From assembly GCA_963721805.1 (NCBI GenBank), contig CAVRJY010000001.1, positions 960,001 through 1,024,000 on the forward strand: DNA of 64,000 bases. The letters run 5' to 3'. Shown piece after piece: positions 19,222-29,332 of the stretch. Both the position numbers and the translations under genes were made by a program. This DNA comes from Nitrospirota bacterium (GTDB lineage Bacteria > Nitrospirota > Thermodesulfovibrionia > Thermodesulfovibrionales > JdFR-86). How positions within the stretch are numbered: position 1 is the first letter of the stretch; each line of letters begins with the position of its first letter. A model generated the notes under the pieces. It searched no databases, was not told where the DNA came from, and saw only the letters and a program-made list of their open reading frames with translations.

Positions 19222-21312
19222 CTAGTTGCCCGCCTTGGCTTCTTTCAGGAGTACCTTGCGGCTGAGGCGCACGCGGCCCAGCTTGTCGATCTCGATCACC
19301 TTGACGTCGATCTCGTCGCCCTCGTGCAGGACGTCCGTGACCTTGTTGATGCGCTTCTCGTCGATCTCGGAGATGTGCAGCAGGCCGTCCGTGCCGGGCA
19401 GGATCTCTACGAACGCGCCGAAGTCGGTTATGCGCACGACCTTGCCGTGGTAGACCTTGCCCAGTTCGGCCTCCGCGACGATGCCCCTGATGATGTCCAG
19501 GGCCTTCTCGAGCGCGGCCGCGTCAGAGGAGGCCACGCTGATCAGGCCTGAGTCCGCGACGTCCATCTTCACGCCGGTCTCGAGGATGATGCCCTTGATG
19601 ACCTTGCCGCCGGTGCCGATGACGTCCTTGATCCTCTCCTGCTTGATCTGGATGGTCACGATGCGCGGGGCGTGAGGGGAAAGCTCGCTGCGCGGGGTGT
19701 CGATGGTCGACTTCATCTTGTCGAGGATGAACAGCCTTCCGCGCTTTGCCTGCTCGAGCGCGGCTGACATCAGCTCGCGGTCGATGCCCCCGAGCTTGGA
19801 GTCGAGCTGAAACGCGGTGATGCCGTTGGCGGTCCCGGTGACCTTGAAGTCCATGTCCCCGAGGTGGTCTTCGAGGCCGAGGATGTCGGTGAGGATGATC
19901 GTCTTGTCGCCTTCCTTTATAAGGCCCATCGCGATGCCCGCAACAGGGGTCTTGATCGGCACGCCGGCATCGAGCAGCGCGAGCGTGGCGCCGCATACCG
20001 TCGCCATCGAGGACGAGCCGTTGGACTCCAGCACGTCAGAGACGACGCGGATCGTGTAGGGGAACTCCTCCTTGGCCGGCAGCATCGACTTGAACGAGCG
20101 CTCGGCAAGGTTGCCGTGGCCTATGTCGCGGCGGCTCGGGCCGCGGAGGAACTTTACCTCGCCGACGGAAAACGGCGGGAAGTTGTAGTGCAGCATGAAG
20201 CTCTTGTAGTACTCGCCCTCGAGCGCGTCGATGCGCTGCTCGTCGTCCGAGGTGCCGAGCGTAACGCTCACGAGGGCCTGCGTCTCGCCCCTGACGAAGA
20301 GGGCCGAGCCGTGGGTCCTGGGCAGGACGCTGACTTCAGAGTTGATCGGCCTGATCTCGTCGGAGCGGCGGCCGTCGGCGCGGATGCCGGTCTCGCAGAT
20401 CGAGCCGCGGACGAACCTGCGCTCGAACTCATAGAAATACCCGGCGATCTCCTTCATCACGGCCTCGTCGCCGCAGCCGAGCGCCTCCTGCGCCTCGACG
20501 AGCACGCAGTGTACGGCCTCCTGGCGGCGGAGCTTGTCCGGGATCGCGATGGCTTCCTTTATCTTTCCTTCGCAGAACGCCTCGACGCCCTTCTTGAGCT
20601 CCTCGTTGATGACCTTGGGAGCGAGCGGGCGCTTCTCCTTGCCCGCCTTCTCGCGCAGCGTGCGCTGAAGGGCGTTGAGGACCTTGATCTCCCTGTGGGC
20701 GATGTCGATCGCCTCGAGGAAGTCGGCCTCCTTGGCCTCCTGCGCGCTGCCCTCGACCATGACCACGGCCTCATCGGAGCCCGCGACCACGAGGTCCATC
20801 GTCAGGCGGTCGACCATCGAGAGGTCCGGGTTTATGACGAACTCGCCGTCGAGCCTGCCTAGGCGCACGGCCGATACCGGCCCGTTAAACGGGATGTCCG
20901 ATATCATGAGCGAGGCCGACATGGCGGTGACGCCCATTACGTCGGCGACGTTCTCGGTGCCGAACGAAAGCACCGAGACTATGCCCTGCGTGTCGGAGTG
21001 AAACCCCTTGGGGAACAGCGGCCGTATAGGCCTGTCCACGAGGCGGGAGGTCAGGGTCTCTTTTTCGGAGGGCCTGCCCTCGCGCTTGAAGAACCCGCCC
21101 GGTATCTTGCCGGCCGAGTATGTCTTTTCCTGATAGTCTATCGTGAGGGGGAAGAAGTCTCCGGCCTCTTTGATCTTCTTGTCCGCGACGGCAGTGGCGA
21201 GCACCATCGTGTCGCCCAACCTGATTATCGTCGAGCCGTCGGCCTGCCGGGCCATCCGCCCGGTCTCGATGGTGACCTTCTTGCCACCAATTTCCGCTTC
21301 TACTACTACCAT
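19222..21312 (-). CDS. pnp: Polyribonucleotide nucleotidyltransferase
   Basis: FFPLTIDYQE, GKIPGGFFKREG, ESNGSSSMA, GDMDFKV, KH and S1 domains. Confidence 0.98.
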   Translation of the reverse strand: MVVVEAEIGGKKVTIETGRMARQADGSTIIRLGDTMVLATAVADKKIKEAGDFFPLTIDYQEKTYSAGKIPGGFFKREGRPSEKETLTSRLVDRPIRPLFPKGFHSDTQGIVSVLSFGTENVADVMGVTAMSASLMISDIPFNGPVSAVRLGRLDGEFVINPDLSMVDRLTMDLVVAGSDEAVVMVEGSAQEAKEADFLEAIDIAHREIKVLNALQRTLREKAGKEKRPLAPKVINEELKKGVEAFCEGKIKEAIAIPDKLRRQEAVHCVLVEAQEALGCGDEAVMKEIAGYFYEFERRFVRGSICETGIRADGRRSDEIRPINSEVSVLPRTHGSALFVRGETQALVSVTLGTSDDEQRIDALEGEYYKSFMLHYNFPPFSVGEVKFLRGPSRRDIGHGNLAERSFKSMLPAKEEFPYTIRVVSDVLESNGSSSMATVCGATLALLDAGVPIKTPVAGIAMGLIKEGDKTIILTDILGLEDHLGDMDFKVTGTANGITAFQLDSKLGGIDRELMSAALEQAKRGRLFILDKMKSTIDTPRSELSPHAPRIVTIQIKQERIKDVIGTGGKVIKGIILETGVKMDVADSGLISVASSDAAALEKALDIIRGIVAEAELGKVYHGKVVRITDFGAFVEILPGTDGLLHISEIDEKRINKVTDVLHEGDEIDVKVIEIDKLGRVRLSRKVLLKEAKAGN

Positions 21313-21320
21313 ATCACCCG

Positions 21321-21590
21321 CTACTTTCTGAGCTTCAGTTTCTCGATGAGTTTTTCGTACCGCGTCTTGTCGGAGCCCTTGAGGTAGTCGAGAATCTTCC
21401 TCCGTTGGCCGACAAGCTTCAAAAGGCCCCTGCGCGAATGGTGATCCGCCGTGTGGACCTTGAAGTGCTCAGTCAGGTAGGTTATCCGCTCGCTCAACAG
21501 CGCGACCTGGACTTCCGGCGAACCCGTATCCTTTTCGTGTACCTTGTGCTGGCCAATTATGGCGCTTTTTTCCTCTTTCACAAGAGGCAT
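21321..21590 (-). CDS. rpsO: 30S ribosomal protein S15
   Basis: [28 protein letters not shown]. Confidence 0.98.
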   Translation of the reverse strand: MPLVKEEKSAIIGQHKVHEKDTGSPEVQVALLSERITYLTEHFKVHTADHHSRRGLLKLVGQRRKILDYLKGSDKTRYEKLIEKLKLRK

Positions 21591-21685
21591 CGTAAACCAC
21601 CTTCCTTCTTAGTGCATGTTTTTTAGAAGTTAATACAATATCATAGCCCAAACTGGCATGTAAAGGCGTCCATGGCCGTCCTGGA

Positions 21686-22081
21686 TCACTGCTGGATGGG
21701 ATAGCCCATGGACTTCCACTCGGGGAAACCGCCGGACATGATCCTTATATCCCTGAACCCTGCCTTGGCCGCCTCGGTGGCGGCCTCGGTGCTCAGCGTA
21801 CAGCGCACCCCCCTGCAATAGAAGATCAGGGCGGCGGATTTATCCTTCGGCAGGTATTCCGCGATGAAGGCGAAACGGTCAGGCCCGACGCTTATCGCCC
21901 CCGGCACGTGGCCCTGGTCGTATTCCATTAAAGACCTCGCATCCACGATCACGACCTTCTTGTGAGTGTCGATGATTTTTTTTACGTCCTTTGCCTCGAT
22001 CTGGGGATAGCCGGCACCCCAGGCCGCTGCTGCCGCGATCATTACCATCGCAACCGCAAGAATTACTCTCCTAAGCGTCAT
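21686..22081 (-). CDS. Exported rhodanese-domain protein
   Basis: Signal peptide, VDAR..EY..GHVPGA, FYCRG, GGFPEW. Confidence 0.85.
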   Translation of the reverse strand: MTLRRVILAVAMVMIAAAAAWGAGYPQIEAKDVKKIIDTHKKVVIVDARSLMEYDQGHVPGAISVGPDRFAFIAEYLPKDKSAALIFYCRGVRCTLSTEAATEAAKAGFRDIRIMSGGFPEWKSMGYPIQQ

Positions 22082-22141
22082 GCATGCCTCCTGTTTAACA
22101 AATATGCTGAAAAATCAAGATGTAATGTATATAATATCCGA

Positions 22142-23380
22142 ATGGATACGCTTAGTTCCACCACGATAGCCATCGGCGGGGGGAAGGGTGGAGTGGGAAA
22201 GAGCGTCCTCGCCTCCAACCTTGCCTGTGGCATGGCCGCATCCGGCAGGCGCGTCATACTGGTCGACGCGGACCTGATGGGCGCCAACATACACACGATG
22301 TTCGGCATCCGCTACCCGGAGTTCACGCTCGGGGACTTCATGCGCGGCCGCGTGGGCACGCTTCAGGAGGTCCTGATCCCTACTCCGGTTGATGGGCTTT
22401 CGCTGATATGCGGGGCCGGGGACCTGCTTGAGGTCACGAACCCCAACTACGTCCAGAAACAGAGGCTTCTGACCGGGTTTGCCGACCTCATGGCCGACAT
22501 CGTCATCATCGACATCGGCGCGGGGGCGAGCATCACGAACCTCGATTTCTTCAACTACTCCGACCTCGGCATCATCGTGACCAGCCCGGCGCCTACCGCG
22601 ATACAAAACGCGTACAGCTTTCTGAAGCTAGCCGTAAACCGCAGGCTGCTTACGATGTTTAAGGAGCGCGCGGACGTCAGCCAGTGCCTGCGCCGGATGC
22701 TCGAAGGCGAGTACCGGGCGCGGAGCATGAACGAGGTCACGGCCGCGGTCGAGGCGATAGACCGCGGGGCCGCGGAGCAGGCGAGGGCCTTCCTGGGCAG
22801 GAACATCTACCGCCTCGTAGCGAATATGGCCACGCCCCGGGAGGGCGAAGCGCTGGCGCATACGTTTGCGAGCGCGGCGTATCAGTTCCTCGGCGTGAGG
22901 CTCCCGTACCTCGGAAGCCTCGTCCACAGCCAGGAGGTCGAGCGGTCGGTGCGCAGCATGAGCCCGCTGCTGCTTCAGCCCGGCGGCGAGACGGCCGCAG
23001 CGGTCATGAGGATCATCCAGAGGCTGATCGGCTCGATCCCGGCGCAGAGTCCGGCGGAGCCCGTTAAGAAAGAGGCCGCAGCCGCCCCCCCAGTAGGGGC
23101 CGGGTTAGCCTCCAGCGTTCAGCTCGGGCTCAACGAGGAGCTCGCGCACGGGGGCCGGACGCTCCACGTGCAGACCGAGGACCTGGGCCCCGAGAAGGGC
23201 CGCATCCTTACGCTCGTGTTTTCTGAGGGCAGGATACTGTTTTCGCGCCAGACCCCGTATAGCGAGATCACCGGCGGGGGCGACTTTGCGCAGGCAGTCT
23301 CTGAGCGCGTCCGGTGGCAGCAGCGGACAATCATGGCCGGCATAAGGGCCGGGAAGCTCAACGACAGGCTCGGGGGCTGA
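22142..23380 (+). CDS. MinD/FlhG-family ATPase with extra C-terminal domain
   Basis: GGKGGVGKS, VDADL, IDIGAG; start placed at ATG 22142. Confidence 0.85.
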   Translation: MDTLSSTTIAIGGGKGGVGKSVLASNLACGMAASGRRVILVDADLMGANIHTMFGIRYPEFTLGDFMRGRVGTLQEVLIPTPVDGLSLICGAGDLLEVTNPNYVQKQRLLTGFADLMADIVIIDIGAGASITNLDFFNYSDLGIIVTSPAPTAIQNAYSFLKLAVNRRLLTMFKERADVSQCLRRMLEGEYRARSMNEVTAAVEAIDRGAAEQARAFLGRNIYRLVANMATPREGEALAHTFASAAYQFLGVRLPYLGSLVHSQEVERSVRSMSPLLLQPGGETAAAVMRIIQRLIGSIPAQSPAEPVKKEAAAAPPVGAGLASSVQLGLNEELAHGGRTLHVQTEDLGPEKGRILTLVFSEGRILFSRQTPYSEITGGGDFAQAVSERVRWQQRTIMAGIRAGKLNDRLGG

Positions 23381-24097
23381 ATGCCGATAGCCACGGTCGC
23401 GCTGCTCGGCGAGGGCAGCTTCTTCAAAGAAACGCTGCCGGAGGTGCTCGCACGGAGCGGCTTCGGCGTATCCTTGATTGCCGCCTCGCCGGACGGCCCG
23501 CCCGCGATGCCAGCCGATGGGTTCGACCTCGTGATAATACAGGCGGAGTTGGCCTCGATGTGGGGCGAGGAGCGGTTTTTTGGATTCGTAAAGACGCTTA
23601 AGAGTTTTATAATCGCTGAGAGTTCGGCCACGGCGTCCCGCTCGACCATAAATGCCGCGATGAGCCCCGAGGATATCCTGAGCGCTATCGGCAACGTCAT
23701 ACACCGCACCCCGGATATAAACGGCATCCAGAGGCGCAGCTCCAACCGAATAACGGTGCATATCCCGGTCATATACGACACCGGGGCCACGAGGCGCGAA
23801 AGCTCGATCACCACTCTGAGCGCCAACGGCGTCTTTATCAATACGCTTGCGCCGCTTGCGGCCGGCACTGGCATGGAGCTCGCTTTCAGGCTCCCGGATC
23901 ACGGGGTCGAGATCAGGGCCTCCGGAAGGGTGCTCTACTCGGTCGAGTATGACATCGGAGGGGGAGCGATATACAACGAGGCCGACTCCTCGCACAAACC
24001 CGTCATAGCGATGCCGGGCATGGCGGTGCTCATCGAGGATATCGGCCCTGACGGGCGGGCCGCGCTCGAGGAGTTCGTCGCGAGCGGTGCGATCTAG
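23381..24097 (+). CDS. PilZ-domain protein
   Basis: QRRSSNR (RxxxR), TLSANGVFI. Confidence 0.75.
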   Translation: MPIATVALLGEGSFFKETLPEVLARSGFGVSLIAASPDGPPAMPADGFDLVIIQAELASMWGEERFFGFVKTLKSFIIAESSATASRSTINAAMSPEDILSAIGNVIHRTPDINGIQRRSSNRITVHIPVIYDTGATRRESSITTLSANGVFINTLAPLAAGTGMELAFRLPDHGVEIRASGRVLYSVEYDIGGGAIYNEADSSHKPVIAMPGMAVLIEDIGPDGRAALEEFVASGAI

Positions 24098-24165
24098 TCC
24101 GCGCCTGTCTTTGAGGCCTTATTTGATGTAAAATGTCTGATTAAATCTAAAGGAGCGTTATTCAT

Positions 24166-25636
24166 ATGGATATACTCATGCGCGATCAGGACGCAAAGAA
24201 CGCCTCTTGCGACGCACTCCTGCTGCCGGTATTCGAAGGCGAGGGGATAGCCGCATATAAGGATCTGGATAAAAGCGGGCTGCTCTCCGGGCTCGCCTCG
24301 GGCAAGCCGCCGAAGTTTCAGGGCCGCCACGGCGAGGTGCTTGCCACCCGCAGCTGCGGCGCGGTTAAGGCCACGGAGGTCGTGCTCGTAGGGCTAGGCA
24401 AGCGTGCGAAATGCTCGAGCGAGCGCGTGCGGCAGGCCGGGGGCAAGGCCTCCACCGCTCTTAAGAAGATCTCGGACGCGGCGCTCTCGACCGCTGTGCT
24501 CGGCGACATGCCCGACGGCCCGCGTGCGTTTTGCGAGGGCTTCCTGCTTGCGAGGTATAAATTCAGCAGGTACAAAAAGAAAGACGCCGACGCCATAGAG
24601 TTCAAGGCCCTGACGGTCCTCGGCCCCAGGCCCAGGGCGGACTGGACGGCTGAGGTCAAGACCCTGGTCGACGCCACGCACTTCTGCCGCGACCTCGTCA
24701 CGACCCCTGCGCGCGACATGACCCCGAGCGAGCTTGCGAGGGTTGCGCGCTCGATAAAGGGCGTCAAGGTAAAGGTCTTCGGCCGGCGCGAGTGCGAGCG
24801 CATGGGCATGGGCGCGTTTTGCGCGGTGGCCAAGGGCTCGCACGAGGAGCCGCAGTTTATCGTCATTGAGTATAAGGGAGCAAAGAAGAAAGGTAAGGGG
24901 GCTGTGCCCCCCGTCGTTCTGGTAGGCAAGGCAGTGACGTTCGACAGCGGCGGGCTCTCGCTGAAGCCGAGCGACTCGATGGAGACGATGAAGCACGACA
25001 TGGCCGGAGGCGCGGCCGTGCTCGGCGTGGTTAAATCCGTCATAGCTTTAAAGCTTCCGATAGACCTCGTCGTCATAATGGCCGCGACCGAGAACCTTCC
25101 GGGCGGCAGCGCGACGAGGCCCGGAGACGTCGTGCACACGATAACCGGCAAGTCGGTCGAGATACTGAACACCGACGCCGAGGGCAGGCTCACGCTCGCC
25201 GACGCGCTCGGGTATGCGATCAAGACCTACAAGCCGCGAGCGATAATCGACATAGCCACGCTCACCGGCGCGTGCGCGATAGCGCTCGGGGCCGAGGCCT
25301 CAGCCCTGCTTGGAAACGACGAGGCGCTTCAAGCCACGCTCGAGGCCGCATCGGCAGCGACAGGGGAGCGCGCCTGGCGGATGCCGTTTTACGAGGAGTA
25401 CGACGAGGGGCTCAAGAGCGATATCGCCGACCTCAGAAACATCGGCATGGGACGGCAGGGCGGGCTCATCACCGCGACAAAGTTCCTGAACTAATTTCGT
25501 AGACGAGGGCACGCCGTGGGTCCATCTCGATATTGCGGGCACCGCATGGAGTGAGCGCGACCGCCCGTATGCGCCCAAGGGCGCTACGGGTGTGGGCGTC
25601 AGGCTGCTCTACGACGTGCTGAAGAGGCTCGCCTAG
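24166..25636 (+). CDS. pepA: Leucyl aminopeptidase (M17); apparent +1 frameshift near 25490
   Basis: GKAVTFDSGG, MKHDMAG, NTDAEGRL; the C-terminus WVHLDIAG...GATGVGVR continues in the +1 frame to TAG 25636. Confidence 0.92.
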
Positions 25637-25989
25637 GCCCCGAAGATCTTACTGCGGAACATGAAGAATACCGCCCCGAGTATGCAAAGCCCGGCCCAGA
25701 GGTAGTCGAGCCGGAAGTCCTCCTTCATGTATATGATCGAAAACGGGACGAAGACCGAGAGCGTGACGACCTCCTGGAGTATCTTTAGCTGCCCCAGGTT
25801 CATCACCTGATACCCGATCCTGTTGGCCGGCACCTGGATCATGTACTCAAAAAACGCGATGCCCCAGCTGATCAGCGCGGCCAGCGCCCAGTGCCGTCCG
25901 GAGAGGTTCTTCAGGTGGCCGTACCACGCAAACGTCATAAACAGGTTGCTCAGGCCAAGCAGCACCGCTGTCGTGATTATTGTCCTCAT
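25633..25989 (-). CDS. DMT-family small membrane protein (DUF486-like)
   Basis: SNLFMTFAWYGHLK, SWGIAFFEY..QVPANRIG. Confidence 0.85.
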   Translation of the reverse strand: MRTIITTAVLLGLSNLFMTFAWYGHLKNLSGRHWALAALISWGIAFFEYMIQVPANRIGYQVMNLGQLKILQEVVTLSVFVPFSIIYMKEDFRLDYLWAGLCILGAVFFMFRSKIFGA

Positions 25990-26015
25990 GTCCTTCGGAT
26001 CCTTCTGAGCGTCGG

Positions 26016-26822
26016 TTACCCCTTAAGCCCTAGCACGTCCTGCATGTCGTAGAGCCCCGCGGGCTTGCCAGCAAGCCAGAGCGCGGCCTTGATCGCGCCG
26101 CGCGCGAACACGTCGCGGCTCGAGGCCCTGTGCGTGACCTCTATCCTCTCGCCGAGGCCGCCGAATATAACGGTGTGGTCGCCTACCACGTCACCCGCGC
26201 GCAGCGTCTGGATGCCGATTTCCTTGCGCGTGCGCTCGCCGATGATCCCGTGGCGCGCGTATACAGCGTCCTTCTCGAGGTCGCGTCCCATCGCGTCCGC
26301 TATCGCGCGAGCCATCATGATCGCGGTGCCGGAGGGCGCGTCCTTCTTTAACCTGTGGTGCGTCTCGACGATCTCGACGTCATAGGGGTCGCCAAGAGCG
26401 CGGGCGATATCCCCGAGCACCTTCAAAAGCAGGTTTACGCCGAGGCTCATGTTCGAGGCCATCATGCAGGGGATCTTCTTTGACATCTCGGCCACGAGAG
26501 CGATCTGCTCCTTCTTCATCCCGGTCGTGCCGATGACCATCGCCTTGCCGAGCTTCGAGGCGGCCTCCATGTTCGCAAGCGTGGCCTCCGGGGCGGTGAA
26601 GTCGATGAGCAGGTCTGCGCTGGCGAGGGCCTCGGCCGCGCTGGTCGCTATCACGACGCCCTTGTGCCCGATGCCTATTGCCTCGCCCGCGTCGCGGCCG
26701 ATGTCCTTGTGTCCTGCTCGCTCGAACGCTCCGGCGAGCGCCAGCCCTTCGTACTCGCCGCTGATCGTCGCTATCCTGCTGCCCATCTTCCCGCATACTC
26801 CGGCAATCGCTATCTTTACCAT
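26016..26822 (-). CDS. dapB: 4-hydroxy-tetrahydrodipicolinate reductase
   Basis: IDFT, VIGTTG, ETHHRLKKDAPSGTA. Confidence 0.97.
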   Translation of the reverse strand: MVKIAIAGVCGKMGSRIATISGEYEGLALAGAFERAGHKDIGRDAGEAIGIGHKGVVIATSAAEALASADLLIDFTAPEATLANMEAASKLGKAMVIGTTGMKKEQIALVAEMSKKIPCMMASNMSLGVNLLLKVLGDIARALGDPYDVEIVETHHRLKKDAPSGTAIMMARAIADAMGRDLEKDAVYARHGIIGERTRKEIGIQTLRAGDVVGDHTVIFGGLGERIEVTHRASSRDVFARGAIKAALWLAGKPAGLYDMQDVLGLKG

Positions 26823-26831
26823 AAGGCCTCC

Positions 26832-27249
26832 TTATTTTCCCTTCGAGAAATCTACCTTTATTACCTTTGCGTCCTTATCGTGCTTTCCCTCATCATGCCT
26901 CGCATCCGCCACGGGTTTGGTTTCGGCCCCGGCCTCGGGCTTTTGCTGGGCGAAGTGAAACTGCGTCCCGAGCTCCGGCGAATATACGAGCATGATCGCC
27001 TCTGAGGGTATGAAGCATTCCTCCGCCCGCCCCCCGAAGCTAAGCTTGGCCTCGATGCCGTCCTCACCCCATATGTATTTCATCTGGTGGTTGAAGACCA
27101 GGACGAGGCCGCCCTGTTTTTCGTCCTCCGTAAAGCCGCGCCTGCCGATACGGACGCCCTCTGAGTGCCGGATCACGACGAAGGCCCTGCCCGGCGAGTT
27201 CGATCGTCCGCTCGAAGACCTCGCGCTTAAGCGTCTCGGCCGGATCCAC
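26832..27249 (-). CDS. SspB-like protein; apparent frameshift near 27190
   Basis: LSFGG..EECFIP..AI..VYSPE and C-terminal KVIKVDF; N-terminus (GTG 27249, upstream GAGG) lies in another frame. Confidence 0.6.
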
Positions 27250-27424
27250 CCTCGCGGGCCTCCTCATCGTCATCGTCCTTTTTGAGCTTTTCTCCGGGGA
27301 TCCGGTAGTCGTCGGAGGCCCACTTCCCAAGGTCGATGAGCTTGCAGCGCTCGGAGCAGAACGGCCTGTGGGGGTTTTCCTCCCAGGTCGTCTCGGCCTT
27401 GCATATCGGACAGCGAATAACCAT
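27227..27424 (-). CDS. yacG: DNA gyrase inhibitor YacG
   Basis: CPIC...[17 protein letters not shown]. Confidence 0.93.
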   Translation of the reverse strand: MVIRCPICKAETTWEENPHRPFCSERCKLIDLGKWASDDYRIPGEKLKKDDDDEEAREGGSGRDA

Positions 27425-27446
27425 ATGCTATATTACACCTCAGAAA

Positions 27447-27968
27447 ATGGAAAAGGGAACTTACACCGGGCTTCTGGAGGCGTTAAACGCGATCCGCATC
27501 CGGCGCTGGATTATCAGGCCGGGGATGGGCTTCGGCGCGGCCGAAAAATGGTGGGACGGGGGCATACGCGCCGCGCCTCATAACGGGCTCGACCTGAGGC
27601 TCTACGAGGACGCGGACGGCCGCGAGGCCGCGCTCGGCGAGGCCACCCTGGTCCCCGCGCTGGAGGACGGCGAGGCCGTGACGATAATCAGGGACTTCCT
27701 CGGCGAGTCGGTATTCGTAGCACACTCTGACGGGATCATATCGGCATACGGACATCTGAGGCCGCTTTGCAGGGTTGGGGATAAGCTCAGGCGCGGTCAG
27801 GCGATAGCCAAGCTATCGGAGCGGCCAGGCATGCCGGTGCCACCGCACCTGCATATCTCGCTGCTCAGGCTGCCCAAGGGGTTCGATGTCGCGGGGCTGA
27901 CATGGCGGGCGCTTGACGGCGCGGCAGAGTTCCTTGATCCGGCTGGCATCATCGAGACAACCAGCTAG
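27447..27968 (+). CDS. M23 peptidase-like protein
   Basis: HNGLD, YGHL, PHLH motifs. Confidence 0.75.
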   Translation: MEKGTYTGLLEALNAIRIRRWIIRPGMGFGAAEKWWDGGIRAAPHNGLDLRLYEDADGREAALGEATLVPALEDGEAVTIIRDFLGESVFVAHSDGIISAYGHLRPLCRVGDKLRRGQAIAKLSERPGMPVPPHLHISLLRLPKGFDVAGLTWRALDGAAEFLDPAGIIETTS

Positions 27969-29032
27969 AACCACTTCCTCCGCCTGAAGTAATAGAGCAT
28001 GCCCCCGCCGATCCCGAGCATGACGGCCCAGAATATCGGATAGCCCCAGTGCCACTCGAGCTCGGGCATGTACTTGAAGTTCATCCCGTAGACCCCGGCT
28101 ATGAACGTAAGCGGGATGAATATCGTCGCGATGACGGTCAGGACCTTCATCACCTCGTTCATGCGGTTGCTGATGCTCGAAAGATAGACGTCCAGCAGGC
28201 CGGAGAGCATGTCGCGGAAGGTCTCTATGGTATCGATGATCTGGATGACGTGGTCGTATACATCTCGGAAGTATATGCGCGTGCGGTCGTCTATGAGGCG
28301 GGATTCGGATTTCTGGAGGTTGCTTATGACCTCCCTTAGCGGCCAGGCGATCTTGCGGAGGTAGAGCATCTCGCGCTTTATCGCGTGCAGGGTCGCGAGC
28401 GACTGGTTGTCCGGTTTTTCGAGCAGGTCCTGCTCGAGCGCCTCGATCCGGTCTCCGACGGCCTCGAGCACCGAGAAATACTTGTCCACCATCGCGTCCA
28501 TGAGCGAGTACGCGAGGTAGTCCGCGCCCATCTTCCTGATGCGGCCCTTGCCAGAGCGCAGGCGCTCGCGAAGCGGCCCGAACACGTCGCCCTCCATGCC
28601 CTCCTGAAACGATATGACGTAGTTGGGGCCGAATATGATGCTCACCTGCTCGGTCTCGAGGTTTCCGGTCCGGGCGTCCTGCATGAGCATCTTGAGCACG
28701 ACGTAGACGTAATCGCCGAAGTCCTCGACCTTGGGCCGCTGGTCCGTGTTCATTATGTCTTCGAGGACGAGGGGATGAAACCCGTAGCACTCGCCGAGCT
28801 TTTCAAGCACCTCGGGCACGTGCACGCTTTCGATGTTTATCCACTTGACGGAGGGCTTGTCCCTGAAGACGAAGCACTGCGATACCTCGGTGAAGGTCTT
28901 TTCCTCGAATGAGGCCTCATCGTAGTCGATAACGGTGATCCGGACGCCGTCTTGAGGCTTGTCGCCGACGTAGACGAGGCTGCCGGGAGGGAGGCCCTGC
29001 TTGCTCGAGCGTTTATTTGTAATGTGCGACAT
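27965..29032 (-). CDS. corA: Magnesium/cobalt transporter CorA
   Basis: HPLVLEDI..QRPK, YGMNF, MPEL. Confidence 0.96.
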   Translation of the reverse strand: MSHITNKRSSKQGLPPGSLVYVGDKPQDGVRITVIDYDEASFEEKTFTEVSQCFVFRDKPSVKWINIESVHVPEVLEKLGECYGFHPLVLEDIMNTDQRPKVEDFGDYVYVVLKMLMQDARTGNLETEQVSIIFGPNYVISFQEGMEGDVFGPLRERLRSGKGRIRKMGADYLAYSLMDAMVDKYFSVLEAVGDRIEALEQDLLEKPDNQSLATLHAIKREMLYLRKIAWPLREVISNLQKSESRLIDDRTRIYFRDVYDHVIQIIDTIETFRDMLSGLLDVYLSSISNRMNEVMKVLTVIATIFIPLTFIAGVYGMNFKYMPELEWHWGYPIFWAVMLGIGGGMLYYFRRRKWF

Positions 29033-29089
29033 GAGGGTATTCTATATCAAAACAGGGAGCAATGCGCATAATTTCCCTTGATTTTAAAG

Positions 29090-29162
29090 TACGCCAGGCA
29101 GGAATCGAACCTGCGGCCAGCTGCTTAGAAGGCAGCTGCTCTATCCGCTGAGCTACTGGCGC
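29090..29162 (-). tRNA. tRNA-Arg(UCU), CCA not encoded
   Basis: GCGCCAG/CTGGCGT acceptor stem, GCTGC-CTTCTAA-GCAGC anticodon arm, GGTTCGATTCC T-arm. Confidence 0.93.
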
Positions 29163-29172
29163 GTTGCTGCTA

Positions 29173-29246
29173 TCGGGGCGAGAGGATTCGAACCTCCGAC
29201 TCCCTGCTCCCAAAGCAGGTACGCTACCGGACTGCGCCACGCCCCG
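29173..29246 (-). tRNA. tRNA-Pro(UGG), CCA not encoded
   Basis: CGGGGCG/CGCCCCG acceptor stem, CCTGC-TTTGGGA-GCAGG anticodon arm, GGTTCGAATCC T-arm. Confidence 0.94.
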
Positions 29247-29332
29247 TGGAAACCCTTAATCTACCCAAACCGGGCCGTATAAATCAATCAGTCTGTTTGA
29301 TTTCCCTCTAACGCATCCCTTACCCTAACTAT

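Noticed and set aside
21686..22081. Selenocysteine rhodanese
   Set aside because: The CRGVRC motif uses Cys codons; there is no in-frame TGA.
25492..25494. Stop-codon readthrough in pepA
   Set aside because: The conserved C-terminus is in the +1 frame, so this is an indel, not readthrough.
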